Counted from the stretch's first letter, positions 53,833 to 63,474 are shown. The stretch: 63,474 nt of DNA from Clostridia bacterium (GCA_045546415.1 JAZQCS010000121.1:1-63474); one strand, 5' to 3'. Notes: generated from the letters alone by a model not told the origin. Translations and numbers: made by a program.

Positions 53833-56800
53833 ATGTGTAAAATTCTGAAAAATACGGTGTGTATTGTTCTTTGTTTTTTGATGTGTGTTTCGGTTACGGC
53901 GTTTGCAGAAATAAACAGAACAGATTTCAGAACACCGGTGAGTATGTCAGGAGCAAGGTCTCAGAAGGTTCTGGGTAACTCTGCAGGTCATAAGCCCACA
54001 CATCTTACCGATAAAACGGGCTATCTTACACAGTATTTCAACATTCCCGAGGATGTGGGCGTACTTGATGCGGTAAAGGTGTGTATTCACGGTCAGGGTC
54101 CTGCGGATACAAAGACAATTACCCTTCGTGTTTATAAATGGGATACCGACGAGGCAACAACGCTGAAATCCGAGCCTATTGCGGAGACGGTGCTTGACGG
54201 TTACACAAACAACGGAATTTATGAAATTTATGTTGAAGATGATTACAATGGTCCCCTTTTGTTCTGGGCAGGCAACAGTATAGGAAGCGGTGGCTTGTGG
54301 AACACCGAGGGTATGTTTAACTATGACGCAAAGCTTCGGGTTGACGGTGTTGAAATGGAAGGCAGACTTCTTGAATCCACAGTATACACAAGAAAGCCTA
54401 TAGAGATTCCGGAGGAGGAGGGCACAAGAGATGCCTATGCTCTTCACAGTGCGGTGGATTTCTCTGTAAACAAGCTTGACTTTTTTGAAAGAGATATGGG
54501 CACGGGTGAAAAAATCCCCATGCTTGATTCAAACGAGGCAGGCAAATGGGTTTGCTATAAAAATGTTGATTTCGGAGATGTTTCGCCCAAAAGCCTTGCG
54601 CTTGGTGTTTATAACCGCGCCTGCGCTGAAAACTCGGTTGAAATTCAGCTTGTGCTGGACGATGCAAAAAAAGGTCCCATTGCAGGTACAACTATGACCT
54701 ATTACTATAAAAATGAAGAGTTTAAAGAAACTCTTAATATGCGGCTGAATCAGGAAATTACCGGTGTCCACGACATATACCTCACATTTAACCGTGGAGG
54801 CATAAGCCTTTTGGATTGGCAGTTCAGCAGAGAGGCACTTCCTTACACCTCTCTTGATAAGCTTCAGGCAGAGTTCAAGCCCGTGCCTGACAGCGAAATT
54901 ATTGATGATTATGCCGACACCTGGGTAACAAGTGATATGGTAGGAAGAAAGCTTCCCTCAATTGACAAGGTTGGTCCCGTTAAAGAGGAAGAAAAATATG
55001 TTGCCATGTTTTACTGGGCATGGCACGCCAGATACAGTATGCTCAGCGCAAGGGATGCGGTGCTGAATGTTCAGAATGTTCTTGACCTTTACGAAGGAGA
55101 CTTTGAAGATATCCGTTTCAACGACAGCTACGAGGGCTGGAAAGGTTCCCGTGCAGTTTTCTGGAACGAGTCAATTTACGGCTTCTTTGCAGGTCTTGAC
55201 GACTGGGTTGTAAGAAAGGAAATGGAACTTCTTGCGGCGGCAGATGTTGACCTTCTGGTGCTTGACTCTCCCGGTAATACATATTCCGGCGGATACCTTA
55301 ATGTCTGTGAAAATATGCATGAAATGCGTAAGGACGGTATAGAGCCTCCCAAGCTTGCACTCCGTACCGGATGGGGTCCGAACGGTAACGATACCGAGCT
55401 TATCGAACGCCACTATCACGAGTTTATCGAGCCCGGTCTGTACAGCGATTGCTGGTTCTACTATGAAGGAAAACCTTTTACTGCAAGCTATCCCGAAAGC
55501 CTTGATTTTAAAACAGGTGACCCTGAGCGTGACGCATACCGTCAGGAAATCAAGGAAAATATGACCTTCCGTACAATGCAGGCATCATACTTTACAGGTC
55601 CCACAAGAGATGACCAGTGGCCCTGGCTTGAGGTGTACCCTCAGCATCCCTTCGGAAAAACCGAAACAGGCGGTGTTGAATGTGTGGGTGTGGGCATTGC
55701 ACAGAACACTGCTCCCGGTTTTACCACATATACAGCATTTAACCAGCCTGATTGCTTCGGACGAAGCTACACCTATAAAGACAAGTTCTCCAAGCTTAGT
55801 GAGGATTCCGACTATTACGGCTACAACTTCCAGGAGCAGTGGGACAGAGCCTTTGAGCTTGACCCCCGTTTCGTTTTCGTAACCGGCTGGAACGAGCTTG
55901 GAACAGGCCGTTTTCCAAGCTACGGCAACAACGGTGTAAATACCATTACAAACGGTTTTGGTGATACCTTCTGTGATGAATACAGCCGTGACATTATACC
56001 GGTTAAGGGTGATTTTAAAGATACTTACTATTTGCAGCTTGTTTCCAATATCCGTAAGTTCAAGGGTGTAAGACCCACTCCTGTTGCAAATGAACAGAAA
56101 ACTGTTGCTCTTGGAGATTTTGCCGCCTGGGAAAGCGTTGAGCCTACCTTCTACGGCTACAAGGGCGGTACAGAGCCCCGTGACGAATACAACTATTTCG
56201 GCAGAAGAAAATATCAGAACTACACCGGCAGAAACGACATTGTAAAAGCCAAGGTTACAAGAGACGACAAAAATATTTATTTCTATGTTGAAACGCTTGA
56301 TAATCTTACACCTTACACAGATGATGCGTGGATGAGACTTTTCCTTAACACCGACCGTGTTTATTATACCGGCTGGGAGGGTTACGATTTTGTAATTAAC
56401 CGTGTATCTCCCACAGAAAACAAGGTTACTGTTGAACGAAACATCGGTGTGGACAACATCTGGAAATGGGAAAAGGCCGGTGAAGGTGAATACACCGTTT
56501 CGGGCAATAAAATGATGTTGACTGTTCCGAGAAGCGTCCTTGGTCTTGAAGGCAAGGCACTTGATTTTGAATTCAAATGGAACGACAATATGCAGCAGGA
56601 CGGTTACCTTATGGATTTCTATGTAAACGGTGATACTGCACCTGTGGGCAGATTCAACTATCATTACATTGAAGAGGCTTCTCAGGATAAAACTCCGGAG
56701 AATGAGTTTATTGTGCCCTACAAACAGCTTCACGATATGGTGAAATATGACATTGTAATGGCAATTAACGAGCCCAAGGGCTTCCTTTCCGGTGATGTTG

Positions 56801-57201
56801 AATACATTGACCCCAAAAACCACGCAGTAACTCCCATTATTGTGAATGATAAAACCATGGTTCCCATCCGTTACATTGTTGAAGCTATTGATGCTACCGT
56901 TGAATGGAACGATGAAACAAGCACAGCTGTTATTTCACATGGAAACAATAAAATCAGCATAAAAGAGGGCGAAAGTCAGCTTAAAGTGAATAAGCGTCCC
57001 AGAAGTCTGCAGTCACCTGCAATTACTGTGAACGACAGACTTTATGTTCCTCTTCGTGATATTGTTGAAAGCCTTGAGCTTGAATGCTACTGGCACGATG
57101 CAGGTATTATAATTATAGGTGAAACAGCATACAGAACAGCTACAGAAACAACAATGAGCTTTTTGCTTGATTTCTATCAGAACATTAATTTAAAAAAATA
57201 A
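53833..57201 (+). CDS. Secreted about 1122-aa paralog of 24139-27483 (N-module + CBM-like + TIM-barrel-like glycosidase domain + stalk domain)
   Basis: Signal peptide MCKILKNTVCIVLCFLMCVSVTAFA. ITLRVYKWD N-module. GVHDIYLTF...LLDWQF. Shares DDQWPWLEVYPQ, GRSYTYKD.FSKLS, FVFVTGWNE, FKWNDNMQQ.G..MDFYVNGDTAP.GRF and the C-terminal VNDKTMVPIRYIVEAI / YVPLRDIVESL. Confidence 0.8.
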   Translation: MCKILKNTVCIVLCFLMCVSVTAFAEINRTDFRTPVSMSGARSQKVLGNSAGHKPTHLTDKTGYLTQYFNIPEDVGVLDAVKVCIHGQGPADTKTITLRVYKWDTDEATTLKSEPIAETVLDGYTNNGIYEIYVEDDYNGPLLFWAGNSIGSGGLWNTEGMFNYDAKLRVDGVEMEGRLLESTVYTRKPIEIPEEEGTRDAYALHSAVDFSVNKLDFFERDMGTGEKIPMLDSNEAGKWVCYKNVDFGDVSPKSLALGVYNRACAENSVEIQLVLDDAKKGPIAGTTMTYYYKNEEFKETLNMRLNQEITGVHDIYLTFNRGGISLLDWQFSREALPYTSLDKLQAEFKPVPDSEIIDDYADTWVTSDMVGRKLPSIDKVGPVKEEEKYVAMFYWAWHARYSMLSARDAVLNVQNVLDLYEGDFEDIRFNDSYEGWKGSRAVFWNESIYGFFAGLDDWVVRKEMELLAAADVDLLVLDSPGNTYSGGYLNVCENMHEMRKDGIEPPKLALRTGWGPNGNDTELIERHYHEFIEPGLYSDCWFYYEGKPFTASYPESLDFKTGDPERDAYRQEIKENMTFRTMQASYFTGPTRDDQWPWLEVYPQHPFGKTETGGVECVGVGIAQNTAPGFTTYTAFNQPDCFGRSYTYKDKFSKLSEDSDYYGYNFQEQWDRAFELDPRFVFVTGWNELGTGRFPSYGNNGVNTITNGFGDTFCDEYSRDIIPVKGDFKDTYYLQLVSNIRKFKGVRPTPVANEQKTVALGDFAAWESVEPTFYGYKGGTEPRDEYNYFGRRKYQNYTGRNDIVKAKVTRDDKNIYFYVETLDNLTPYTDDAWMRLFLNTDRVYYTGWEGYDFVINRVSPTENKVTVERNIGVDNIWKWEKAGEGEYTVSGNKMMLTVPRSVLGLEGKALDFEFKWNDNMQQDGYLMDFYVNGDTAPVGRFNYHYIEEASQDKTPENEFIVPYKQLHDMVKYDIVMAINEPKGFLSGDVEYIDPKNHAVTPIIVNDKTMVPIRYIVEAIDATVEWNDETSTAVISHGNNKISIKEGESQLKVNKRPRSLQSPAITVNDRLYVPLRDIVESLELECYWHDAGIIIIGETAYRTATETTMSFLLDFYQNINLKK

Positions 57202-57202
57202 C

Positions 57203-57243
57203 AAAAACCCCCGGAATTTATATGAATTCCGGGGGTGTTGTTA
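57203..57243. terminator. Bidirectional intrinsic terminator
   Basis: cccccggaatt-tatatg-aattccggggg flanked by A-run and T-rich sequence. Confidence 0.85.
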
Positions 57244-58107
57244 TTATTTCGCAACTTCAAGATATTCACCGTTGTACTTTATGTCAAAAAAAACGGCTCT
57301 TTCCATTGGACGATAATTGGGTGAGTGAAGGCTGAGTTTAAGGCTGCCGTCCTTGTCACGGAAAACCATACCGTGACCGCCATCGGTGTTGAAAATAAGG
57401 GGTGCGGTGTGGTTCCACAAACCGAAAATATCACCGGTGTTTGATATTGCCTGAGTCTGAATGTAACCGTCATTTCCGATTGAGGACCATATCATAATAA
57501 GCCTGCCGTCCTCTGCTCTGTAAAAATAGGGTCCGTCGGTTACTTTGCCGTAACAGTCTATGCCATTTGGCTTTCCTGTAATTTCCTTTGTGTAAGGGCT
57601 ATCTCCGGCTTTGAACATAAGCACCGGTTCACCTACAGGTGCGGAAAGGTCCGGAGTAAGCTGTATGTAACACATCTCACCGTTGTGAACCTGAGTCCAT
57701 TCGTGGCAGAAAACCATGTAGGGGGTTCCGTCGGTGTGCACATAAAGTGTACCGTCAAGACAGTCCCAGGCTTCGGGGGTTATGGGACCGTCCGAGTGGG
57801 GAACAAAAGGACCTTCAAGGCTGTCAGCCTTCAGAATCTGTGTGCCACGGTGATGGGAATCGCTGCGGAAGGATGCAAACATATAGTATGCACCGTTATA
57901 TTCATGCACCTCAGGAGCCCAGAAATCATGTGTGCCCCAGAAAGATTCATCCGGTGCAAAGCACTCCTTCATTTCCCAGTTTTCGCCATCATCACTTGTA
58001 CAAACATGAAACTTCCGGTTACCGGGAGCGGTGGTTCCATACATATAATATTTGCCGTCTTTAATTAAAATAAAAGGGTCTCGTATATGAATTTCATTTA
58101 ATTTCAT
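57244..58107 (-). CDS. GH43-family glycoside hydrolase (arabinofuranosidase/xylosidase type)
   Basis: IRDPFILIKDGKYYMYGT, FWAPEVHEY and DGPYFY blades are typical of the GH43 five-bladed propeller. Confidence 0.85.
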   Translation of the reverse strand: MKLNEIHIRDPFILIKDGKYYMYGTTAPGNRKFHVCTSDDGENWEMKECFAPDESFWGTHDFWAPEVHEYNGAYYMFASFRSDSHHRGTQILKADSLEGPFVPHSDGPITPEAWDCLDGTLYVHTDGTPYMVFCHEWTQVHNGEMCYIQLTPDLSAPVGEPVLMFKAGDSPYTKEITGKPNGIDCYGKVTDGPYFYRAEDGRLIMIWSSIGNDGYIQTQAISNTGDIFGLWNHTAPLIFNTDGGHGMVFRDKDGSLKLSLHSPNYRPMERAVFFDIKYNGEYLEVAK

Positions 58108-58118
58108 TTTTTTACCTC

Positions 58119-59315
58119 CTATTTATTAATCCATATGGGACTTGTCCAGGCGCATCTGCCGTCCTCAAGCTCTACACGGAGATAGTACACGTCGGTATCC
58201 TTTTCCTGCTTGTAATCGTAAAGGAAGCATTCCTTGTAACGACGGAAAATGATGTAATCACGCTGGTTTTTAACAAGGGTGACCTTCTTTACGGGAACCT
58301 CGGTGGTTAAGTGGAAATAAACCTCTCTGTCACCCTCATCGGTTATTTCTTCGCCCATATAGTGACCGTTAATGCGGAAATCTATGGTAATTCTTTCAGG
58401 TCCCATAAAACCGTAGCATCTCCGGGCTTTCAGGGCTTCAAAAATACCCTCCACGGTGTTTTCCTTTGCCCACACACCGGTTATACCGGGGAATTTCTGC
58501 AATCCGGGATAATCCTCGCAAAGAAGTCCGTTTTTACAGCAATGGTCATCGGAACCGGCATATACGCCCATTTTTGCACCGCGGTTTAAGGCATCCTGCC
58601 AGAAACAGCCTTCAATCTGAATATCGTGGTCGTTGTAGGGATTGTCAAAATATTCGGCACAGTCACCTCTGGAATAAATCTCCATAAGGGAGGTGTAAAG
58701 CTCCTGGGGAATTGAGCTTAAATCTGTATTGGGTGTAAGCATAGCTGTGTCGTGGGGAGCAAAAATGCAATCCTCACGGGCAAGAAGGGTTTTAAGCTGT
58801 TCTTTTGTTATATCACCGGGTACGCCTACATCGAACATTTCCGCATCGTGGCTGTTAAAGAAAATTGCGGAATTGTTGTACCAGGGGTAGGAATCACGCT
58901 CATAAGCCAGAAGAGTGGTAAATTTGCCGGGTTCATAGTATTTTTTTGCGGCAGCTTTGACCTCTTCCCACACACCGTTAAAAAGCTCAGGCTTTGCAAT
59001 TCCGCCGTGGTCGTGGTCGGAAAGTGCCGCGAAATCAAGCTTTGCATTGTCACGGATGTTGGTGTAATATTCATCAACTGTGGGGAATCCGTCCGAAAGG
59101 CGGGTATGACCGTGCATTTCACCGAAATATATGTTGTATTCCGGAGCATCAGGGTAAACGGAACGCTCTGTAGCAAAGGTTTCTGCATAGTAGGCTTTGC
59201 GGTCCTCCTGATAGCCACTGTATACTCTGTCGGTAAAATCCCGGCTGCGGTTGGGAGTATCAACCCGTTTTGCCTCGTATCTTTCCGGATTTGTCATTTT
59301 TTTGTTTTCTGCCAT
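58119..59315 (-). CDS. PHP-like/CehA-type metal-dependent hydrolase family protein, function unknown
   Basis: FGEMHGHTRLSDG (PHP motif I) and ALSDHDHGG. Start taken at the ATG at 59315 (MAENKK...); the longer ORF extends over the repeat element. Confidence 0.55.
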   Translation of the reverse strand: MAENKKMTNPERYEAKRVDTPNRSRDFTDRVYSGYQEDRKAYYAETFATERSVYPDAPEYNIYFGEMHGHTRLSDGFPTVDEYYTNIRDNAKLDFAALSDHDHGGIAKPELFNGVWEEVKAAAKKYYEPGKFTTLLAYERDSYPWYNNSAIFFNSHDAEMFDVGVPGDITKEQLKTLLAREDCIFAPHDTAMLTPNTDLSSIPQELYTSLMEIYSRGDCAEYFDNPYNDHDIQIEGCFWQDALNRGAKMGVYAGSDDHCCKNGLLCEDYPGLQKFPGITGVWAKENTVEGIFEALKARRCYGFMGPERITIDFRINGHYMGEEITDEGDREVYFHLTTEVPVKKVTLVKNQRDYIIFRRYKECFLYDYKQEKDTDVYYLRVELEDGRCAWTSPIWINK

Positions 59316-59437
59316 GGTATCACAACCTTTTTTATTTGATAACTTTATTATATCATTAGTTTGTTTTGATTTCAATAGTATTTTTTTGTGAGAATGAGGG
59401 ATTTGATAAAAATTTGGGATTTGGGTGAAATTTGTTG

Positions 59438-59510
59438 CGGGCGACCACATAGGGTCGCCCCTACGGAGCCGGTGTCATCCTGAACGAAGTGAAGGATCCC
59501 GGAAAATACC
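59438..59510. repeat. Palindromic intergenic repeat, copy 2 (GC hairpin + GTCATCCTGAACGAAGTGAAGGATC)
   Basis: gggcgacc-acata-gggtcgccc is followed by gtcatcctgaacgaagtgaaggatcc. Compare 40198-40226. Confidence 0.6.
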
Positions 59511-59550
59511 GCTGTGAAGAAGGACACGGAAGTATTTTTTGTGTAAAATC

Positions 59551-59583
59551 AAACCGCTGCAAAAGGGAGTTTTGCAGCGGTTT
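59551..59583. terminator. Hairpin terminator overlapping the XRE stop codon
   Basis: aaaccgctgcaaaa-gggag-ttttgcagcggttt, a 14-bp stem. Confidence 0.7.
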
Positions 59584-59791
59584 ATTCTTCGTAAAGGATA
59601 ATGTCCGAAACAGAGCATTTAAGGGCAGAACAAATCCTGTCCAGCACATAGGCATCATAACGTATCACTTTGTTTTTATAGTATTTATCAATTATATGGT
59701 ATTGAATGCCTGTGCGTTTTGCAAGCTCGTAACGGGTAATTCCGCGCTTTGTCAGAGCTTCTTCAAGAGTTATTTTTATCATGTAAATCAC
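59582..59791 (-). CDS. Small XRE/Cro-type HTH protein
   Basis: 69 aa. RGITRYELAKRTGIQYHIIDKY HTH. Confidence 0.75.
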   Translation of the reverse strand: MIYMIKITLEEALTKRGITRYELAKRTGIQYHIIDKYYKNKVIRYDAYVLDRICSALKCSVSDIILYEE

Positions 59792-59823
59792 CTCAGTATA
59801 TATTGTATTAAATATATTTCTAC

Positions 59824-59852
59824 TTGACAGTTCACCTTTTTAGATATATACT
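59824..59852 (+). promoter_or_regulatory. Sigma-A promoter divergent from the XRE gene
   Basis: TTGACA (59824-59829), a 17-nt spacer, then TATACT (59847-59852). Confidence 0.65.
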
Positions 59853-59877
59853 TATATAAACATAAAGGAGGTATAAA

Positions 59878-60734
59878 ATGAGTGAAGGAAGAAAATGTCT
59901 TCGAAATTGTGAAACCATTAAGGATTTCCTTGACTTTATGGAGGGTAAGGCAGAGAGCCATACCGAGTATTGCCATTATACCCGCTTGGAAACTATAGAA
60001 AAATCGTAGAAACAGGTGAACTGTGGCTTTCGTCTCCAAAAGGTTTTAACGATGCAATAGATAGAAAATCGGGAGATTATGGAACTTTTACATTTTGTTT
60101 TTCTACCGGTACAGCCGAAAACCTTGCTTTATGGTATTTGTATAGTGGAGTTGACGGAAAAGGCGGAAGGATACGTTTCACAAAGAATAATGTAAAAAGG
60201 TTAAAAACAGCATGTAGACTTTTTCTTTGTGAAAAAGGTGAAGTGTGTTCCGAAAATGGAATAGAACTTGAACAGGGTCGTGATGTGGAAGTTGATGTCA
60301 GGGATGTTGTATATATAGATGTTAATGATAAAAAGAACTGTGTTATACGGTACAATAATGAAACTAATTGCAAACTTCCATATGGCGAATACGATGTTAT
60401 TAAAAAAAGCAAAAAATTTTTCCTGAAAAAAACTATGTGGTATCACGAAAAGGAAACGCGGCTTGTTGCAGAACTTACCCGGGAAGGGCGAAAACTGTTA
60501 AAACCTAATACGGAATATGTTATAGTTCTGAAACTGCCCAATAACCTTCGTAATAAAATTAAAATAGAGTTTGCTCCTGAGTGCCGGAGAGATAGTATGG
60601 AATTTCTGGATAAAAAGCCAAATATAAAAGCATATATGGAAAGTACAGATAATGTTAATTTCAGTAAGTTTTCGGGAGAAGTTGAAATGAAACTTTTGGA
60701 AAAAGTGTGTGAATGTTGTAAAAATAAAAAATAA
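59878..60734 (+). pseudogene. DUF2971-family gene interrupted by a 1-nt frameshift in an A5 run
   Basis: Frame A (59878-60009, good AAGGAGG RBS) ends ...CHYTRLETIEKS*. Frame B continues ...KIVETGELWLSSPKGFNDAID... Joined, they give the DUF2971 N-terminal signature HYT..e....I.e.geLw.S....fND. One extra A at 59999-60003 would restore the frame. Confidence 0.7.
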
Positions 60735-60756
60735 AATATTAAAGGAGAGAGTTAAA

Positions 60757-63474
60757 ATGAAAAAGGTATTAAATTTTATGCTTACACTTTGTATGGTGCT
60801 GATGCTATTTGCGGTAGTGCCTGCAACCGTAAGTGCGGAAAGCGGTACTTGTGGTGATAATCTTACTTGGGATTTGACGGATGGTGTACTTACAATTTCG
60901 GGTACGGGTAGTATGTATACGTATTCAAACAGTCCTTGGAACAGATTTGGTGATAGCCTTAAAACTGTGCGTATTTCAGAAGGGGTAACAAGTATAGGTG
61001 GTCAGGTGTTTCTCAATTGTACAGGTATTACAAGTGTAACAATTCCAAATACTGTAACATCTATAAGCAGCCGGGCTTTTGTAGGTTGTACAGGACTTAC
61101 AAGTGTGACAATTCCGGACAGCGTAACAAGCATAGGTTCTTCTGCATTTTATAATTGCACGGGACTTACAAGCATAACAATTCCCGATAGTGTAACCAAT
61201 ATCGGCTCTAATGCCTTTATGGGCTGTGACAATTTAAAGAAATGCCATATAACGGATATTGCAAAATGGTGTGAGATTGAGTTGGGTAACACATATGCAA
61301 ACCCTATTTTTTATGCAAGATTAAATGGTAATGGTGGAAATATTTATTTAAACAATAAGTCGATAGGTGATATAATAATACCTGAGGGAGTATCCCGAAT
61401 AGGAGATTATGTGTTTGCGGGTAGTCGTATGACAAGTTGCGAAATACCTGATAGCGTAACTGAAATAGGAAAAGCTGCATTCTACTTGAATGGTAGACTT
61501 GACGAAATTGTTATTCCTGAAAGTGTTGTGAGCATAGGTGGTAGTGCTTTCGCGAACTGTACAAGTCTTAAAACTGCAATATTACCAAACGGTTTAACCA
61601 TATTACCTTCAGAAATCTTTTCTCACTGTACAAAGCTTGAAAAAGTTAAAATCCCATCGGGAGTAACATCAATAGGCTATCGTGCCTTTTATGCTTGTTC
61701 AAATCTTGGTGATGAAATCGTAATTCCTAAAGGGGTATCGGTCATTGCCAATGAAACCTTTTTCTCATGCAAAATGCTTAAAAATATATATTTGCCGGAA
61801 AGCATCGAAAGTATAGGGAAAAGTGCCTTTTACGCTTGTTCGGTTTTGGAAAATGTGTTTTTTGAAGGAAATGTCGACAAATGGGACAAAGTTCAGGTCT
61901 TAGATAATAATAAAAAATTATTAAGCGCCAGAGTTAGTTTTATGAATGGTGATACAGCACCTGATTTGTTTTATGCAATAGACGGAAGCGAAGCTATCAT
62001 AACTCGATGTAAAGCAGATGCTGTGGGCACGGTTGTAATCCCTTCAACAGTTGAAGATTATGAAGTCACAAAGTTGGATGATGGAGTTTTTTACAACTGC
62101 AAAGAAATACAAAGTATAACTGTTACGAACAGTATAAATTATATTGGAGCAGAAGCCTTTGAAGGATGCGATGGACTTAGTGAAATTTGTTATATAGGAA
62201 CTAAACAAGAGTGGGATAGTATTGAAATAGCAGAACAAAATGAAAAATTGTATAGTATAAAATTACAACTTTATGGTGCAACTGTTGACGGTAATTCCTA
62301 CTTAACTTTGACAGAAGCTATTGAAAATGCCGAAACAGGTTCCGTAATTACACTTATGGGCGACAACGAAGGTGAAGGAGTTGTAATTGACAAGGATGTC
62401 GTAATTGACCTTAATGGCAATACATATTCATTTACAATAGGAGTTGGCTCTGAAGGTACTGAATCAAACGGTTTCCAAATTCTTAACGGAAATACAGTGG
62501 AAATTAAAAACGGTACTTTGAATGTTGCAGAAGAAAGCAAGGACAAGTTTTACATTCTTGTTCAAAATTATGCAAATCTTACCCTTACGGATGTAACTCT
62601 TGACGGTACAAACCTTGATAAGTGGTCACTCACAGATGGTGATTCTTATGTTCTTTCAAACAACAGCGGTAATGTAACAATAGAGGGTGAAACCAATATT
62701 ATTGCAAACGACGAAGGAGATAAGGCCTTTGCGTTGGATGTTTGCCAATATGGCTCGTATGAACCACCGATTGTTATGGTAAACACATCAGGTAAAATTG
62801 ACGGAAATATCGAAGTGTCAAAAGAAATCGCAGATAATATCACAATAGTTGACGGCATATATAATTTTGATGTGACAGAATACTGCCGTGAAGACTTGAA
62901 AGCGATGTTAAGTAAAGACGGGACTTACAGCATAGTTTCAGCTTTCGAGGCAGAGTCAAACGAAAATTTATACAGAACTCTTGCTGATGCTATAGCTGCA
63001 ACAGAAAATGGTACAATCAAGTTGCTTGGAGACACATCGGTAGCAGGTTCTTTAACTATTGCAAAGGGCGAGGATATTACAATTGACCTTAACGGCAACA
63101 CAATTACAGGTACAGACACAACAACCAAAAACTTTGGTTTGTTCAACAATAACGGTACTCTTACAATTGAAGATTCTGTTGGCGGTGGTGCAATTGAACT
63201 TACAGCCACAGTAAACAGCGGATGGAACAGATATTCTGCAGTAATTTCCAACAACCCCGGCGGTGTACTTGTTGTAAACGGTGGCAGAATTGAGCACCTT
63301 GGCGGTACCGATATGGCATACGGCATTGACGCTCTTACAAACAGCAACATTGCTCCCGTTGAAACAACCATTAACGGCGGTGTAATAAAATCTACATACC
63401 GCGGAATAAGACAGTTCCTTAATTCCACAGCTACCCTGAACAAGCTTACCATAAACGGTGGTGTTGTTGAAGGT
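60757..63474 (+). CDS. Very large secreted surface protein (3'-partial): BspA-type LRRs followed by parallel-beta-helix-like repeats
   Basis: I translated 906 codons by hand and the frame stays open to the window end; it is absent from the ORF track because there is no stop. Signal peptide MKKVLNFMLTLCMVLMLFAVVPATVSA. LRR units VTSIGS.AF..CTGLTSITIPDSV. Later repeats G.DITIDLNGNTITG...NNGTLTI. AAAGGAGAGAG RBS. Confidence 0.85.
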   Translation, partial: MKKVLNFMLTLCMVLMLFAVVPATVSAESGTCGDNLTWDLTDGVLTISGTGSMYTYSNSPWNRFGDSLKTVRISEGVTSIGGQVFLNCTGITSVTIPNTVTSISSRAFVGCTGLTSVTIPDSVTSIGSSAFYNCTGLTSITIPDSVTNIGSNAFMGCDNLKKCHITDIAKWCEIELGNTYANPIFYARLNGNGGNIYLNNKSIGDIIIPEGVSRIGDYVFAGSRMTSCEIPDSVTEIGKAAFYLNGRLDEIVIPESVVSIGGSAFANCTSLKTAILPNGLTILPSEIFSHCTKLEKVKIPSGVTSIGYRAFYACSNLGDEIVIPKGVSVIANETFFSCKMLKNIYLPESIESIGKSAFYACSVLENVFFEGNVDKWDKVQVLDNNKKLLSARVSFMNGDTAPDLFYAIDGSEAIITRCKADAVGTVVIPSTVEDYEVTKLDDGVFYNCKEIQSITVTNSINYIGAEAFEGCDGLSEICYIGTKQEWDSIEIAEQNEKLYSIKLQLYGATVDGNSYLTLTEAIENAETGSVITLMGDNEGEGVVIDKDVVIDLNGNTYSFTIGVGSEGTESNGFQILNGNTVEIKNGTLNVAEESKDKFYILVQNYANLTLTDVTLDGTNLDKWSLTDGDSYVLSNNSGNVTIEGETNIIANDEGDKAFALDVCQYGSYEPPIVMVNTSGKIDGNIEVSKEIADNITIVDGIYNFDVTEYCREDLKAMLSKDGTYSIVSAFEAESNENLYRTLADAIAATENGTIKLLGDTSVAGSLTIAKGEDITIDLNGNTITGTDTTTKNFGLFNNNGTLTIEDSVGGGAIELTATVNSGWNRYSAVISNNPGGVLVVNGGRIEHLGGTDMAYGIDALTNSNIAPVETTINGGVIKSTYRGIRQFLNSTATLNKLTINGGVVEG

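Noticed and set aside
62925-63452. A 175-aa minus-strand ORF, with others at 62044-62858
   Set aside because: They are antisense to the long open plus-strand frame (60757 to the end), which has a signal peptide, an RBS and LRR/beta-helix repeats.
1-63474. A search for rRNA, tRNA, tmRNA, integrase, transposase, prophage or toxin-antitoxin modules
   Set aside because: No cloverleaf-like sequences were found in any gap over 80 bp, and no recombinase or transposase motifs in any ORF. The AT-rich islets lack recognisable mobility genes, so I am not calling a mobile element.

Overview
This 63.5-kb chromosomal window comes from a mid/low-GC Firmicute, probably a cellulosome-type Clostridia (Ruminococcus-like) organism. 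That guess rests on a type-I dockerin module, an IspH-S1 fusion gene, copper-amine-oxidase-N 'stalk' domains and BspA-type LRR surface proteins; it is inferred from content, not from a database hit. I found no rRNA, tRNA, CRISPR array, transposase or integrase. Gene content: (i) a roughly 12-kb minus-strand L-fucoside utilisation cluster (GH29, GH95, fucU, fucI, a 98-aa SemiSWEET-like protein, an SGNH esterase and a GH78-like protein), headed by a large secreted phosphoesterase and read divergently from an AraC regulator; (ii) three paralogous secreted proteins of 940-1120 aa that share an unrecognised N-terminal module, and two of them sit in a duplicated 'secreted enzyme <-> AraC' divergent cassette; (iii) further CAZyme and esterase genes (GH10, two GH78-like, GH43, CE15-like, several SGNH) and five AraC regulators in total; (iv) housekeeping blocks (cmk-plsC-ispH/rpsA, infC-rpmI-rplT with an L20-type leader, ferritin, a ZIP transporter) and a CsoR / P1B-ATPase pair with a textbook operator; (v) visibly AT-richer islets encoding surface or accessory proteins (Kv channel plus an orphan ORF, LRR-dockerin, WG-repeat protein, XRE plus a frameshifted DUF2971, and a giant LRR/beta-helix protein that runs off the window end). 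The most unusual non-coding signal is a 385-bp 'word-hairpin-word' array at 10667-11051. Other non-coding candidates are a structured terminator-containing leader (47263-47517), a 23-bp two-tier hairpin over the RBS of a paralog (53769-53832), and a widespread palindromic intergenic repeat present twice. All functional calls come from motifs read by eye; no searches were run.
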